DNA of 56,162 bases. Source: an archaeon. Its GTDB lineage: Archaea > Nanobdellota > Nanobdellia > Woesearchaeales > GW2011-AR9. Position 1 is the first letter of the stretch; the number at the start of each line of letters is the position of its first letter. Location: NCBI GenBank assembly GCA_043812455.1, contig JBDRMB010000015.1, positions 1 to 56,162 on the forward strand, in the 5' to 3' direction. This document shows, piece by piece, positions 1 through 9,483 of this stretch. Both the position numbers and the translations under genes were made by a program. Below the pieces are notes generated by a model that was not told the origin of the DNA, searched no databases, and worked only from the letters and a program-made list of their open reading frames with translations.

Positions 1-789
1 ATGTTTGATAAAATCTCCAAAAGAAGAAAATGAACCAGTAGCATATTCTTCTTTGTAAGTCCTGAAGAATCGTTCTACTTTACCATTTGTTTGTGGTCTA
101 TTTACTCTTGCCAAACAATGTTTTATTCCTAAAATATCCAATGTTGCTCTAAACATAGTATTTTCTTGTTTAGCATTCGGATGATTGGAGTAATACTGAG
201 ATCCATGATCAGTCATTACAGCTTTTGGTTTACCCCATTCAGCTATGCCTGAATGCAAGAGAATAAGACTATTTTCTGCCGTCTGTCTTTTGAACACGCC
301 ATGGCTTGTAATTAAGCGTGTTCTATCATCTATGTACACACTAACGTTTGTTCCAGAGAAGGGGTCATATGACCAATCAGTATGCCATAAATCATTTGGG
401 TTTGGGAGCTCATAACGAACCCATTTACGTGGTTTCTGTTTCTTTATATTTGGTTCAACCATTCCATTTCGCACAAGAATTTTGTCTATTTGTCTGTGCG
501 AAATAGCAAATCCTTTTCCCTTAAGGATTTGCTCAATATGGCATGCGCCATAACGATGTCTTCGTCTAATATCAAGTATAATCTCAACAGCATTTTGATT
601 AAGAATTGTTTCTGAACGACCAGTTTTATGGTCTTTTAGGCCGTCCCAACCAAATTCTTTGTATTTATCAAGAATTTGATAAATTGCGCTTCTGTGAATT
701 TTTTGGGCTTGAACAATTTTTTTTACTGAAAGCCCTTTGTTGTATTGCTTAACAATCCAAACACATTTCTTAAAAGTTAGTTTGTACAT
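1..789 (-). mobile_element. IS481-family DDE (rve/integrase-core) transposase, 3' end runs off the window
   Basis: Manual translation from ATG at 789 (SD GGTGAGG): MYKLTFKK... N-terminal HTH, then WHTDW, VYIDDRTR, VMTDHGSQY and RPQTNGKVERFFRTYKEE. Open for 263 codons to the edge, so absent from the ORF track. Confidence 0.9.
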
Positions 790-815
790 ATAACCTCACC
801 AGAGGTTATTTATAC

Positions 816-840
816 TGTCTAGTTAAAACGTGATACTACA
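816..840 (-). repeat. Probable left terminal inverted repeat of the IS481-like element
   Basis: Minus strand reads TGTAGTATCACGTTTTAACTAGACA, about 50 nt upstream of the transposase start. IS481 ends begin with TGT. The partner IR lies outside the window. Confidence 0.6.
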
Positions 841-969
841 GTGAGGAGGGGTTTACTCAGTTAAGAGCAGGTACTGGAAATAATAAATTTAATAAACTAA
901 TTGGGTAGTAAATAATAGTAAAAATAGTAAAGGTGATTATTTTGAATCTATTTTTGGAGCTGAGATACA

Positions 970-1554
970 ATGAAAAAGTCAATAAGGGATAAATTATTTG
1001 CGTTAATTGTTGCTGTTGTTATTAGCTTAATTGGTTTTGTATTGATTGCTAATTTTAATTTCAGTGAAATAAAAGGCAGTGAGGATAATGAAATGAATGG
1101 AATAGCTGTAATAAAAACTAATATTGGTACTATGAAAATTCAATTAGAACTTGAAAAAGCTCCTTTGACCAGTCAAAACTTTATAGATTTGGCAAATAAA
1201 GGGTTTTATGATGGGTTGATCTTTCATAGAGTTATTGAGAACTTTATGATTCAAGGTGGTGATCCTAACGGAGATGGTACTGGTGGTCCTGGTTATAAAA
1301 TTGATGATGAGTTTCATCCATACTTGAGTCATAGTAAAGCTGGTATTTTGTCAATGGCAAATTCCGGACCTAATACTGGTGGTAGTCAGTTTTTCATAAC
1401 TTTAGTACCTACTCCCTGGCTTGACGGAGCACATGCAGTTTTTGGGCATGTAATTGAAGGGGAAGATGTTTTGGCTGAGATTGGTGCAGTAGAAACCGGT
1501 GCTAGAGATAAGCCATTAGAAGATGTAGTGATTGAATCAATTACTATTGAATAA
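970..1554 (+). CDS. Cyclophilin-type peptidyl-prolyl cis-trans isomerase with N-terminal membrane anchor
   Basis: [51 protein letters not shown]; hydrophobic N-terminal helix. Confidence 0.95.
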   Translation: MKKSIRDKLFALIVAVVISLIGFVLIANFNFSEIKGSEDNEMNGIAVIKTNIGTMKIQLELEKAPLTSQNFIDLANKGFYDGLIFHRVIENFMIQGGDPNGDGTGGPGYKIDDEFHPYLSHSKAGILSMANSGPNTGGSQFFITLVPTPWLDGAHAVFGHVIEGEDVLAEIGAVETGARDKPLEDVVIESITIE

Positions 1555-1630
1555 TTTTTTTTTATTTTCTTTTAAGTTTGTTAGTTCTGAGATTTTTCTT
1601 ACCGTTTCTAAATAATAATCTAAAAAGGGC

Positions 1631-1744
1631 ATGTCCGAAATAGAAAACATTTGTATACTGGGGCACGGCGCGATTATAAATTTCCTTTGTAAATTTATGC
1701 GCCTCATTTGGCGCCAGTATACAAAATCAAGTTATTCCGGACAT
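1631..1744 (+). repeat. Long imperfect intergenic hairpin containing copy 1 of a conserved structured motif
   Basis: Nested arms ATGTCCG/CGGACAT, TTTGTATACTGG/CCAGTATACAAA, GGCGC/GCGCC, ATAAATTT/AAATTTAT; core nearly identical to 34164-34241 (minus strand). Confidence 0.8.
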
Positions 1745-1796
1745 ATACATCTAAAAAATAAAATATATAAAGGGTAGAATATTACTAGCTTAAATA

Positions 1797-4700
1797 ATGT
1801 TAAAAAAAGGTGTGGTGTTATTAGTAACGTTTATTCTTTTAGTAAGCACAGTCTCTGCAGTTGACCTTGACCAAGTTTCTGATTATGCTGAACAGTATGA
1901 AGATGGTACTTTAAGTTATTTGAAATTTAAGACTTATATGTATTCTATCGAAAAACAATTCTATGATGAACTGGATGATAGCAGACAAGAATTTTATCTA
2001 GAAGATGATAAGGTCAATGAAAAAGATTCTCGTTTAAATGATGAGATTAGAGAGTTAGGCAAAGATGCTGAACAAGCCTTCATGGAAGGCGACATGGAAG
2101 AATTACAATCCATTATTGAGCAGCTTATTGAAAAATTTGAAGAACAAGGTGATGATAAAGCAGTAGAACTCTTAAAAGAACTTAGTGAAGCTGCCGCGAA
2201 TGAAGATTATGATAAAATTGAAGATTTAGCTCAAAAGTTGCCTAAAGATAAGTTTGGTGGTGATGATAAAGATGGTTATCGCATGGATGGTTGGGACATT
2301 GAAGTTGTAGAAGAAATTTTTGGTGAACCTACTTGGTACGAATACCGTGTTTGGGTAGAGAATGAAAATCAAGACATTTTCCTTGACGAACCAGTTCCAA
2401 GGTTTGAAAAAAGATTGTTTGATGGTGAAGAAATTAAAATTACATTAAATGCCTGGCCGAACATGATCAAAGATGGTGAGGATTACATTTTATTTTACCA
2501 TATCGGTTTGGAAACTAGGATCAAACAAGGAGAAGAATTAGATGTCCAAGCAATAATAAGTTATATGGAAGAAAAAACTGAGGCATACCAGTCAGGAGAT
2601 TTATCATTACAAGAATTTGCTCAAGAAGCTGCTTTACAAGAACGAGCATTTCATCAATACTTATGGGATAATAAGGAAGATTGTGAAGATTTATTTTCTG
2701 GAGTTTTAGATGAAGAAGAAAATTCTGACGTTGTTATAATTGAAGGATTGTTAGCAGAAAATAAAAATTTCTTTGCCAGAATTAACCTTCAACACGAAAT
2801 TAATTCAGAATGGGACAATTTTAATTTCTGGGTGCATATTGAAAGCCGAGAACGTAACGATGATTGGGATTCTCCGGAAGATGATTATAATTCTGAAGAT
2901 ATGTTCGGCAAATCTGCAGATGATATTTGGGAAGAATTTTCTGAAGACTTTGTTGAAATGATGGAAGATGTTGTAGGTGCTGATTCTGCAAGTGAAGCTA
3001 ACAAAGCGTTCTTTTCTCAGGAACGTCGACTTAACCATCTTTTGGGAGAACTTAACTGGAGAGCAAACGAAGAGAAAGGTATTACTGTTGATGAACTGGA
3101 AGACGATTTGTACGATTTGATTAAAGAAGTTGCTACTGATGTTAATAAGGAACGAATGGAAAAAACTCGGTACAGAACTTATCTTATCAAAGAAACTGTC
3201 CAGCAAACTAATACTTGGTGTCGAAGTGAAGACAAGGAATGTGATTCTGATGAATATTGTAAAGATGCTGAATGTGTTTCTGCCAAAGGTGGTAATGAAG
3301 TTTGTGAGAATGGTAAAGATGATGACAATGATGGTTATTGGGATTGTGAAGATCCTGACTGTAATTGTAAAGGAGATGATGGCAGGAAAGGTTGGTTTGA
3401 TGATAATGATGATAATGATGATTGGGACCATGATAACGATGATGGCTCTTATGAAGAAAGTGAATGTAAAGATGGTTGTGAAGATGAATGTCCTGGAGCG
3501 GACGGGACTGATTGTATAAACGACCAATGTAAATGTTATTATGAAAATCATTCAGATGATGACGATGATGATTGGGATGATGATTCTGGTAGTGATGATA
3601 ATTCTGGTGATGATAGTTCCGGCGAAGATGATCAAAGTGATGATAGTGGCAGTGGAGAAGCTGATGATTCTGGACAAGATGATGACAGTTCAGGAGAAGA
3701 TTCTGGCAGTGACGATTCTGGTGGTGACGATAGTTCTGATAATAGTGGTGATGATGGAGGAAGTGATAACTCTGGTGGTGATAGCGGTTCAGATGATGGT
3801 GGTTCTTCAGATTCAATTAGCGGTTCTGCAGTTGACGTGTTCTCTGAACAGGATAAAAAAGGAATTAACATGTTCAAACTTTGGTGGAACGTAGCTAAGA
3901 TTTCTACTTATTCAATTACAGGTTCTGCTGTAAACGTTTTTGATGATGTTGGTGCATCAGAAGATGGAGAAGAAAGTAATGATGAACCTGCAGAAGAACC
4001 AGTAGAGGAACCTCAAGAAGATAATTCTAATGAAGAAGAAACAGTGGAAGAGCCTGTAGAAGAAACTCCTGAAGATAATCAAAAAGAAAGTGAAGGAACT
4101 GATGATTCAGAGCAAGAAGACGGTTCTGATAATGAAGAAAGTGATGACGAAGAAGTAAATGAAGATTGGGATGAAGACAAAGATAATAATGATAAAGATA
4201 ATGATTATAATTGGTTTGATGATGTAGATGATTGGAGCAATCCTTGTGAAGACCAATGTCAAGAATGTTGGAAATGTGATTGGGAAACTGAAGGTGATCA
4301 ATGTAATGAATATTGTATCCCATGTAATTTATGTCAGTATGAAGAAGGCGATTATGAATGTCATGATAACCAACAATTTAACGAAGAATTTGCGTATTGT
4401 GAATGTGATGAAGGTTATAGTGACTGTGACGGAGATTGGGAAAACGGTTGTGAATTAGAAGGATGGTGTGAAAGCTGTCAAGAAGATAGTGACTGTGCAC
4501 CAGCCAGGTGTGGAGAAGATCCAAGAAGAATAATTACTTTCACTTGTGAACAAGGCGAAGGCTGGGAAGAAGATAAAGAAGTTTTAGAATTGGGTGCAGA
4601 ATGTAACGTTTTAAGTGACGGAACTAAAGAAGCTGGTTTTTGGATTGGTGGCTGGGGCGAAGAATTACAAGATTTTGAAAAGTATAAACAAGAAGAACAT

Positions 4701-5618
4701 CAAAAGGGCGAGGAAGATTGGTGTAAAAAGGAACTGGAATGGTTAACTGAAGAGCGATTAATGATTCAGGAATCTTTTAATGATGAATTTATTGCCTGGT
4801 TCTTTAACGAGTTTGTTGATGATAATCCTACCGAGTTTGAAGATCATATGCGAATGGTACACAGTTTACACAGAATATTAATGGAAAATACTGACCGTAC
4901 CGCTTGGTCATTAGAATGTTTAGGAGAATCAGAATTTCCAGAAGAGTACCAACCAATCCAAGTAAGTTATGAAAGTGTTTATGGTGAAATTGAAATCTGG
5001 GAAGAGTTTAAAGTAACTGACCATTTTAGTGAAACTGAAATTAATGTTCTCAATCCGTACATGAAAATTTGGATTTTTCCACCAAAAGAATTTATTGTTG
5101 AAAAAATGAAAGAAGAGTTTGGCGGTCCGAAAGGTCCACCACCGCACGAGATTGCAGAAATCAAAGAGAACAAAGTTATCATGAAGAAAATTAACAAAAT
5201 CAGTAAACGCTTTGATGATGGTGCAGAAATTAAACTCCAAGTAGTTGACAATGGCGAAGTTCTGTTCCAGAATTTAATGAAGATTAATCCTGATATAATC
5301 CTGCGAATGCAAAGTATTGATGAAAGTTATTCAGGGTCGATTGATGCTACTGTAAGTGTAGAGATGGATTTCTTATACGAGATGATGAGTACTATTGCTA
5401 AAGAGGTTGAAGGTGGACATGTGGAGGGTCCATGGTGGGAAGAGCGCAGTGATTATGAACGTGGTGGTGTTGAAGAAGCATGGATTGCGATAAAAGTTTT
5501 AGGTAACATTATTGTAGCTGTAACCAATGGTGAGATTGATGTTGAGCCAGACAGTAGAACTGACGATATTGTATTCTCTTTGAAAGAAATAGTTACTATG
5601 ATGTCAATGGGTGGTTAG
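1797..5618 (+). CDS. Large secreted, highly acidic, Cys-rich surface protein
   Basis: Signal peptide MLKKGVVLLVTFILLVSTVSA; D/S/G and E/P low-complexity linkers; Ca-binding-like Cys motifs EVCENGKDDDNDGYWDCEDPDC and GYSDCDGDWENGCE. Confidence 0.8.
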   Translation: MLKKGVVLLVTFILLVSTVSAVDLDQVSDYAEQYEDGTLSYLKFKTYMYSIEKQFYDELDDSRQEFYLEDDKVNEKDSRLNDEIRELGKDAEQAFMEGDMEELQSIIEQLIEKFEEQGDDKAVELLKELSEAAANEDYDKIEDLAQKLPKDKFGGDDKDGYRMDGWDIEVVEEIFGEPTWYEYRVWVENENQDIFLDEPVPRFEKRLFDGEEIKITLNAWPNMIKDGEDYILFYHIGLETRIKQGEELDVQAIISYMEEKTEAYQSGDLSLQEFAQEAALQERAFHQYLWDNKEDCEDLFSGVLDEEENSDVVIIEGLLAENKNFFARINLQHEINSEWDNFNFWVHIESRERNDDWDSPEDDYNSEDMFGKSADDIWEEFSEDFVEMMEDVVGADSASEANKAFFSQERRLNHLLGELNWRANEEKGITVDELEDDLYDLIKEVATDVNKERMEKTRYRTYLIKETVQQTNTWCRSEDKECDSDEYCKDAECVSAKGGNEVCENGKDDDNDGYWDCEDPDCNCKGDDGRKGWFDDNDDNDDWDHDNDDGSYEESECKDGCEDECPGADGTDCINDQCKCYYENHSDDDDDDWDDDSGSDDNSGDDSSGEDDQSDDSGSGEADDSGQDDDSSGEDSGSDDSGGDDSSDNSGDDGGSDNSGGDSGSDDGGSSDSISGSAVDVFSEQDKKGINMFKLWWNVAKISTYSITGSAVNVFDDVGASEDGEESNDEPAEEPVEEPQEDNSNEEETVEEPVEETPEDNQKESEGTDDSEQEDGSDNEESDDEEVNEDWDEDKDNNDKDNDYNWFDDVDDWSNPCEDQCQECWKCDWETEGDQCNEYCIPCNLCQYEEGDYECHDNQQFNEEFAYCECDEGYSDCDGDWENGCELEGWCESCQEDSDCAPARCGEDPRRIITFTCEQGEGWEEDKEVLELGAECNVLSDGTKEAGFWIGGWGEELQDFEKYKQEEHQKGEEDWCKKELEWLTEERLMIQESFNDEFIAWFFNEFVDDNPTEFEDHMRMVHSLHRILMENTDRTAWSLECLGESEFPEEYQPIQVSYESVYGEIEIWEEFKVTDHFSETEINVLNPYMKIWIFPPKEFIVEKMKEEFGGPKGPPPHEIAEIKENKVIMKKINKISKRFDDGAEIKLQVVDNGEVLFQNLMKINPDIILRMQSIDESYSGSIDATVSVEMDFLYEMMSTIAKEVEGGHVEGPWWEERSDYERGGVEEAWIAIKVLGNIIVAVTNGEIDVEPDSRTDDIVFSLKEIVTMMSMGG

Positions 5619-5675
5619 GTTTACAGATAATTGTTTGACAAAAGTATTTTAAACATAAAAATAATTCTTAATTCT

Positions 5676-6833
5676 GTGAAAAAAGAGAAAAATGTTTTAT
5701 TGTTAGGTCTAGTAAGTTTCATCAATGACACTTCCAGTAAAATAATTGAACCGTTATTACCATTATTTATTGCTTCTCTTGGTGGTGGCGGGATTGCAAT
5801 TGGTTTGATTTCTGGTCTGAGTGAATCAGTTGCTGCTATTTTCAAGATGCTTTCTGGGTATTGGGGTGATAAATTACAGAAACGGAAAGGGTTTGTCTTT
5901 GGCGGTTACCTTACTTCAGCATTAGCCAAATTTGGGTTAGCATTTTCTACAGTTTGGGGTTTGGTCTTAGCTTTAAAATCTGTAGAACGGTTAGGTAAGG
6001 GATTACGTTCAGCTCCTCGAGATGCTATCTTGGCAAGTTCTGTGGATAAAGAAAAAAGAGGTAAATATTTTGGCATCCATCGCGCGTTTGATAGTGGTGG
6101 TTCAGTACTTGGTTCATTATTGGCTTTGTTATTATTTTGGTATTTAGGGATGAGTTTCAAGATGCTGTTCATCATTGCTGGGATTTTGGGAATATTTTCT
6201 GTCCTGCCAGTGTTGTTTGTTAAGGAGAAAAAAGTTGTGCCTGAGCAGAAATTCAGTTTCAAAGTCGGCTGGAAAGAGATGAACAAAGAGTTGAAATGGT
6301 TCTTTATCATTTCAGCTATGTTTGCGTTAGCAAATTTCAGTTACATGTTTTTTGTTTTGAGAGTGCAAGATTTTTTTACTGGTAGCTTATTAGTTGGTGG
6401 ACCATTATTGTTTTACATCATTTATCAAGTATCTTATACTGTGATGGCGGTGCCTGCTGGATTTTTAAGTGACAGAATTGGTCGCCGTAAAGTTTTGATG
6501 CTGGGATATGGCTCTTTTATCTTAGTATGTTTAGGGTTTATCTTTTTTGATAAGTTCTGGCATTTTATTATCATGTTTTTGTTGTACGGGTTAATGTACG
6601 CATTAGTTAATTCTACGGAACGTGCCTATGTTTCAGATCTGGCACCACGAAACATCCGCGGGACTGCGTTAGGAACATATTACTTGTTCACTTCATTAGC
6701 TGTACTGCCAGGCGGGTTGATTGCAGGATTGCTTTGGGACTTGAGCAAGATTTATACGTTCAGTTATGGTATTGCGCTAGGTGTAATTGTGCTGTTCTTG
6801 TTTTGGGTTGCTGTCAGAGAGAATGAACATTAG
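5676..6833 (+). CDS. MFS transporter
   Basis: About 12 TM helices; SGYWGDKLQKRK and AGFLSDRIGRRK loop motifs; GKGLRSAPRDA. GTG at 5676 chosen as start because it lies downstream of a TATA-like TTTTAAA. Confidence 0.9.
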   Translation: MKKEKNVLLLGLVSFINDTSSKIIEPLLPLFIASLGGGGIAIGLISGLSESVAAIFKMLSGYWGDKLQKRKGFVFGGYLTSALAKFGLAFSTVWGLVLALKSVERLGKGLRSAPRDAILASSVDKEKRGKYFGIHRAFDSGGSVLGSLLALLLFWYLGMSFKMLFIIAGILGIFSVLPVLFVKEKKVVPEQKFSFKVGWKEMNKELKWFFIISAMFALANFSYMFFVLRVQDFFTGSLLVGGPLLFYIIYQVSYTVMAVPAGFLSDRIGRRKVLMLGYGSFILVCLGFIFFDKFWHFIIMFLLYGLMYALVNSTERAYVSDLAPRNIRGTALGTYYLFTSLAVLPGGLIAGLLWDLSKIYTFSYGIALGVIVLFLFWVAVRENEH

Positions 6834-6867
6834 AAAGAACTAATGCTAAAAAGAATTAATATTATTT

Positions 6868-7992
6868 TCACCCAAACACTTTTTTGAAGAAACTTTTGTG
6901 TGGCTGATCTTCTTTCAGTTCCTTAATCAACTCTTTCTGTTTTTTAGATAGTTTCTTTGGCACAACTATTTGCACCTTAACTAACTGATCACCACTACCT
7001 GAATAACGGATGTGCGGCATACCTTTCCCACGCATTCTCAATACAGTTTCAGAGTCTGTACCTGCTGGAATTTTTAGTTTAGCTTTTCCGTCAATGGTAG
7101 GAACTTCGATCTCTCCACCAAGTGATGCTAATGTGAACGAGATTGGAAGAGTAATATGTAAATCCGCACCGTCACGTTCAAAATATTTATGTTCTTTAAC
7201 GTGAACCATTACGTAAAGGTCACCTGAAGGACCGTTGTTACTACCAACTTCTCCTTCACCAGTAACCCGCAATCTCATTCCATCTTCAATACCTGCTGGA
7301 ATGTTAACTTCGATCTTTTTCCTATTACGCACCAGGCCTTCTCCACCACAGTTACTGCATGAATCTTGAGGAAGTTCACCTTTGCCGTGACAGTAAGGAC
7401 AAGGACCGGTCTGTTGAAAGATTCCGAACGGTGTTCTTTGCGTTCTTTTCATATAACCTGAACCATTACAATGATGGCAAGCTTCAAAGTTCTTAGCACC
7501 TCTACCATTACATTCTGGACAATATTCAAGTTTGTTAAGTTGGATAGTATGTTTAGTATCTTCAGAAGCGTCTTCTAATGTGATTTCAGTTTCGTAAAGT
7601 AAGTCTGAACCTCTTCTAGATCTGGAACCGCGTCTGCTTCCTCCACCACCAAACAATTGGTCAAAGACGTCATCAAAGTTACCGAAAGCCCCTGATCTAA
7701 ACTGTGACATGATGTCAGAGAAGTCAAACCCTTGATAATTACCAGCTCCTCCTGCTCCACCTTGGAATGCAGCACTGCCAAATTGGTCGTATTGTTGACG
7801 TTTGGTGTCATCACCCAACACTGAAACTGCTTCATTGATTTCTTTAAATTTTTCTTCATATTCTTTCTTTTTTTCTTCTGGAGCGCGGTCTGGATGGTAT
7901 TTTAATGCTAACTTTTTGAACGCTTTTTTAATCTCTTCTTTAGTTGCGCCTTTTTCTATTCCAAGAGTTTTGTAATAATCTTTATCTGCCAT
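6868..7992 (-). CDS. dnaJ: Chaperone DnaJ
   Basis: J-domain with HPD, G/F region, four CxxCxGxG repeats, C-terminal domain. Confidence 0.97.
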   Translation of the reverse strand: MADKDYYKTLGIEKGATKEEIKKAFKKLALKYHPDRAPEEKKKEYEEKFKEINEAVSVLGDDTKRQQYDQFGSAAFQGGAGGAGNYQGFDFSDIMSQFRSGAFGNFDDVFDQLFGGGGSRRGSRSRRGSDLLYETEITLEDASEDTKHTIQLNKLEYCPECNGRGAKNFEACHHCNGSGYMKRTQRTPFGIFQQTGPCPYCHGKGELPQDSCSNCGGEGLVRNRKKIEVNIPAGIEDGMRLRVTGEGEVGSNNGPSGDLYVMVHVKEHKYFERDGADLHITLPISFTLASLGGEIEVPTIDGKAKLKIPAGTDSETVLRMRGKGMPHIRYSGSGDQLVKVQIVVPKKLSKKQKELIKELKEDQPHKSFFKKVFG

Positions 7993-8001
7993 TTGTTAAT
8001 T

Positions 8002-8538
8002 CTATTTGATGGTATAAATCCAACCTGGTTTCCATGCCTTAACTTTTCTCCAATCTTCATTAATTGCTTGTTCCCAAGTTTTTCCTTTCAACAAAACTTC
8101 TATTGCTAATTGTGGTGCTTGGTGTGCAACAATAGCAACGTGTTTATCATCATAATTTTCTTTTAAAAATTTTATAAAGTCTGCAATTCTGTTTTCAACA
8201 TCCTTGTAACTCTCACCGTTAGGATATTTTTTGTCAATATAATTTAAAATTTTCCAATCCTTCTTTTTACTGTTCCAATCACCATAATTACATTCTCTAA
8301 TTCTTTTATCTTGAATAATCTTATACTTATCACCAAACGCTAAATTTGCAGAGTCTATTGCTCTTTTCAAATCTGAACAAAATACGATGTCAAAATTTTG
8401 GTCAGCAACCATTGGTCCTAGTCTTTTTGCCTGTTCAATACCTAATTCTGATAATTCTCCTTGGTCCCATCCTGTGGCTTTATGGGTTTCATTGTCTGTA
8501 GTTGTACCATGTACAAAATAAGTTATTTTAACTGCCAT
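8002..8538 (-). CDS. Histidine phosphatase (phosphoglycerate mutase-like) family protein
   Basis: VHGTT (RHG variant), SDLKRAIDSA, IRECNYGDW, GES, IVAH. Confidence 0.85.
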   Translation of the reverse strand: MAVKITYFVHGTTTDNETHKATGWDQGELSELGIEQAKRLGPMVADQNFDIVFCSDLKRAIDSANLAFGDKYKIIQDKRIRECNYGDWNSKKKDWKILNYIDKKYPNGESYKDVENRIADFIKFLKENYDDKHVAIVAHQAPQLAIEVLLKGKTWEQAINEDWRKVKAWKPGWIYTIK

Positions 8539-9139
8539 TTTCAACCTCTTTTGCCAAATCTTCAGGGTTCATGTTAAGTATTTGCATAATATTATGCTCA
8601 ATTTCTAACCTGTGCTCTTGACTAACTTCCCATTCTCCTTCTGGTTTTGGATACATTTCTTTAAGATATTCTAATCTTTCTGCAAGTGATACAATTTTGT
8701 TTTGGAAAACTCTATAATCAGCATAATGAACAAGAGTTTCTTCCCAAGTGAGATTCTTATTTCTTGGAATACTTACATTTTTTAATGCTAATGCAAATTC
8801 AGGAAACCCACCTTTGAAAATCTCGTACGCAACATCACCTTCATACATATCTGGATACTTTTCTATCAACTCTTTGCGCATAGCCAGTTCTTCTTCAGAA
8901 AAATCATGTTTATGAAATTTGTTTGGTTCAACAGATTTGATTGCTACCACTTTGAACAAATCATGTAGTAATGATAATCTGTCAACAAGTTCAACATTAA
9001 CATCAATACCAGCTTCCTTTACTTTCTTTGCAAGAAATACTGCAACTTTCCTGACGTTAAGACAATGTTGAAAAATATTTTCAGGTACTTTGTACTGCTT
9101 GAAGTAGTCCAAAGCTTGTTGTTCTGTTGGTAGGTTCAT
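8528..9139 (-). CDS. HD-domain phosphohydrolase
   Basis: QHCLNV, LLHDLFK, LVHYADYRV. Confidence 0.85.
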   Translation of the reverse strand: MNLPTEQQALDYFKQYKVPENIFQHCLNVRKVAVFLAKKVKEAGIDVNVELVDRLSLLHDLFKVVAIKSVEPNKFHKHDFSEEELAMRKELIEKYPDMYEGDVAYEIFKGGFPEFALALKNVSIPRNKNLTWEETLVHYADYRVFQNKIVSLAERLEYLKEMYPKPEGEWEVSQEHRLEIEHNIMQILNMNPEDLAKEVENGS

Positions 9140-9175
9140 GGTTTTGAAAGGAAAAATAAAAGGTTAAAAACCTTT

Positions 9176-9481
9176 CTAATCTTTCTTCTCTGTATTGTTG
9201 CTAAAATAACTAGGCGCTTTACCTTTACAGTACTCTAGCATGGTGTTTGCTATATCTCCTGTCTTCCTGTCTTCTTTTAGTTTATCTCCTCCACGGTCAA
9301 TACTTTGTGCTATTCCAGCAGCAATTCCCGCATACAGAGCTTCTATGTTTTCACCATCTAAATTATCAACAAGATAAAGTGCAGTTACAAAATTGTCTTC
9401 TCCTAACAATCCATTAACTATTTTACCTATGTCAAGATGCTTTTTTTCTTGATCTCCGGGTCCTTTGTATTCATCACTCAT
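9176..9481 (-). CDS. Hypothetical protein in the dnaK cluster
   Basis: 101-aa ORF starting 2 nt after the dnaK stop; no recognised motif. Confidence 0.65.
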   Translation of the reverse strand: MSDEYKGPGDQEKKHLDIGKIVNGLLGEDNFVTALYLVDNLDGENIEALYAGIAAGIAQSIDRGGDKLKEDRKTGDIANTMLEYCKGKAPSYFSNNTEKKD

Positions 9482-9483
9482 TT

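Noticed and set aside
1650-1725. HDV-like ribozyme reading of the repeated motif (GCC-UCCAUU-GGC resembles P3/L3)
   Set aside because: I could not build the P1-P2-P3-P1.1-P4 order, so it is left as an unassigned structured motif.
2773-5251. Many alternative-frame and antisense ORFs (His-, Met-, Ile- or Ser-rich) in the ORF track
   Set aside because: Shadows of the GAT/GAA-rich low-complexity coding sequence of 1797-5618.
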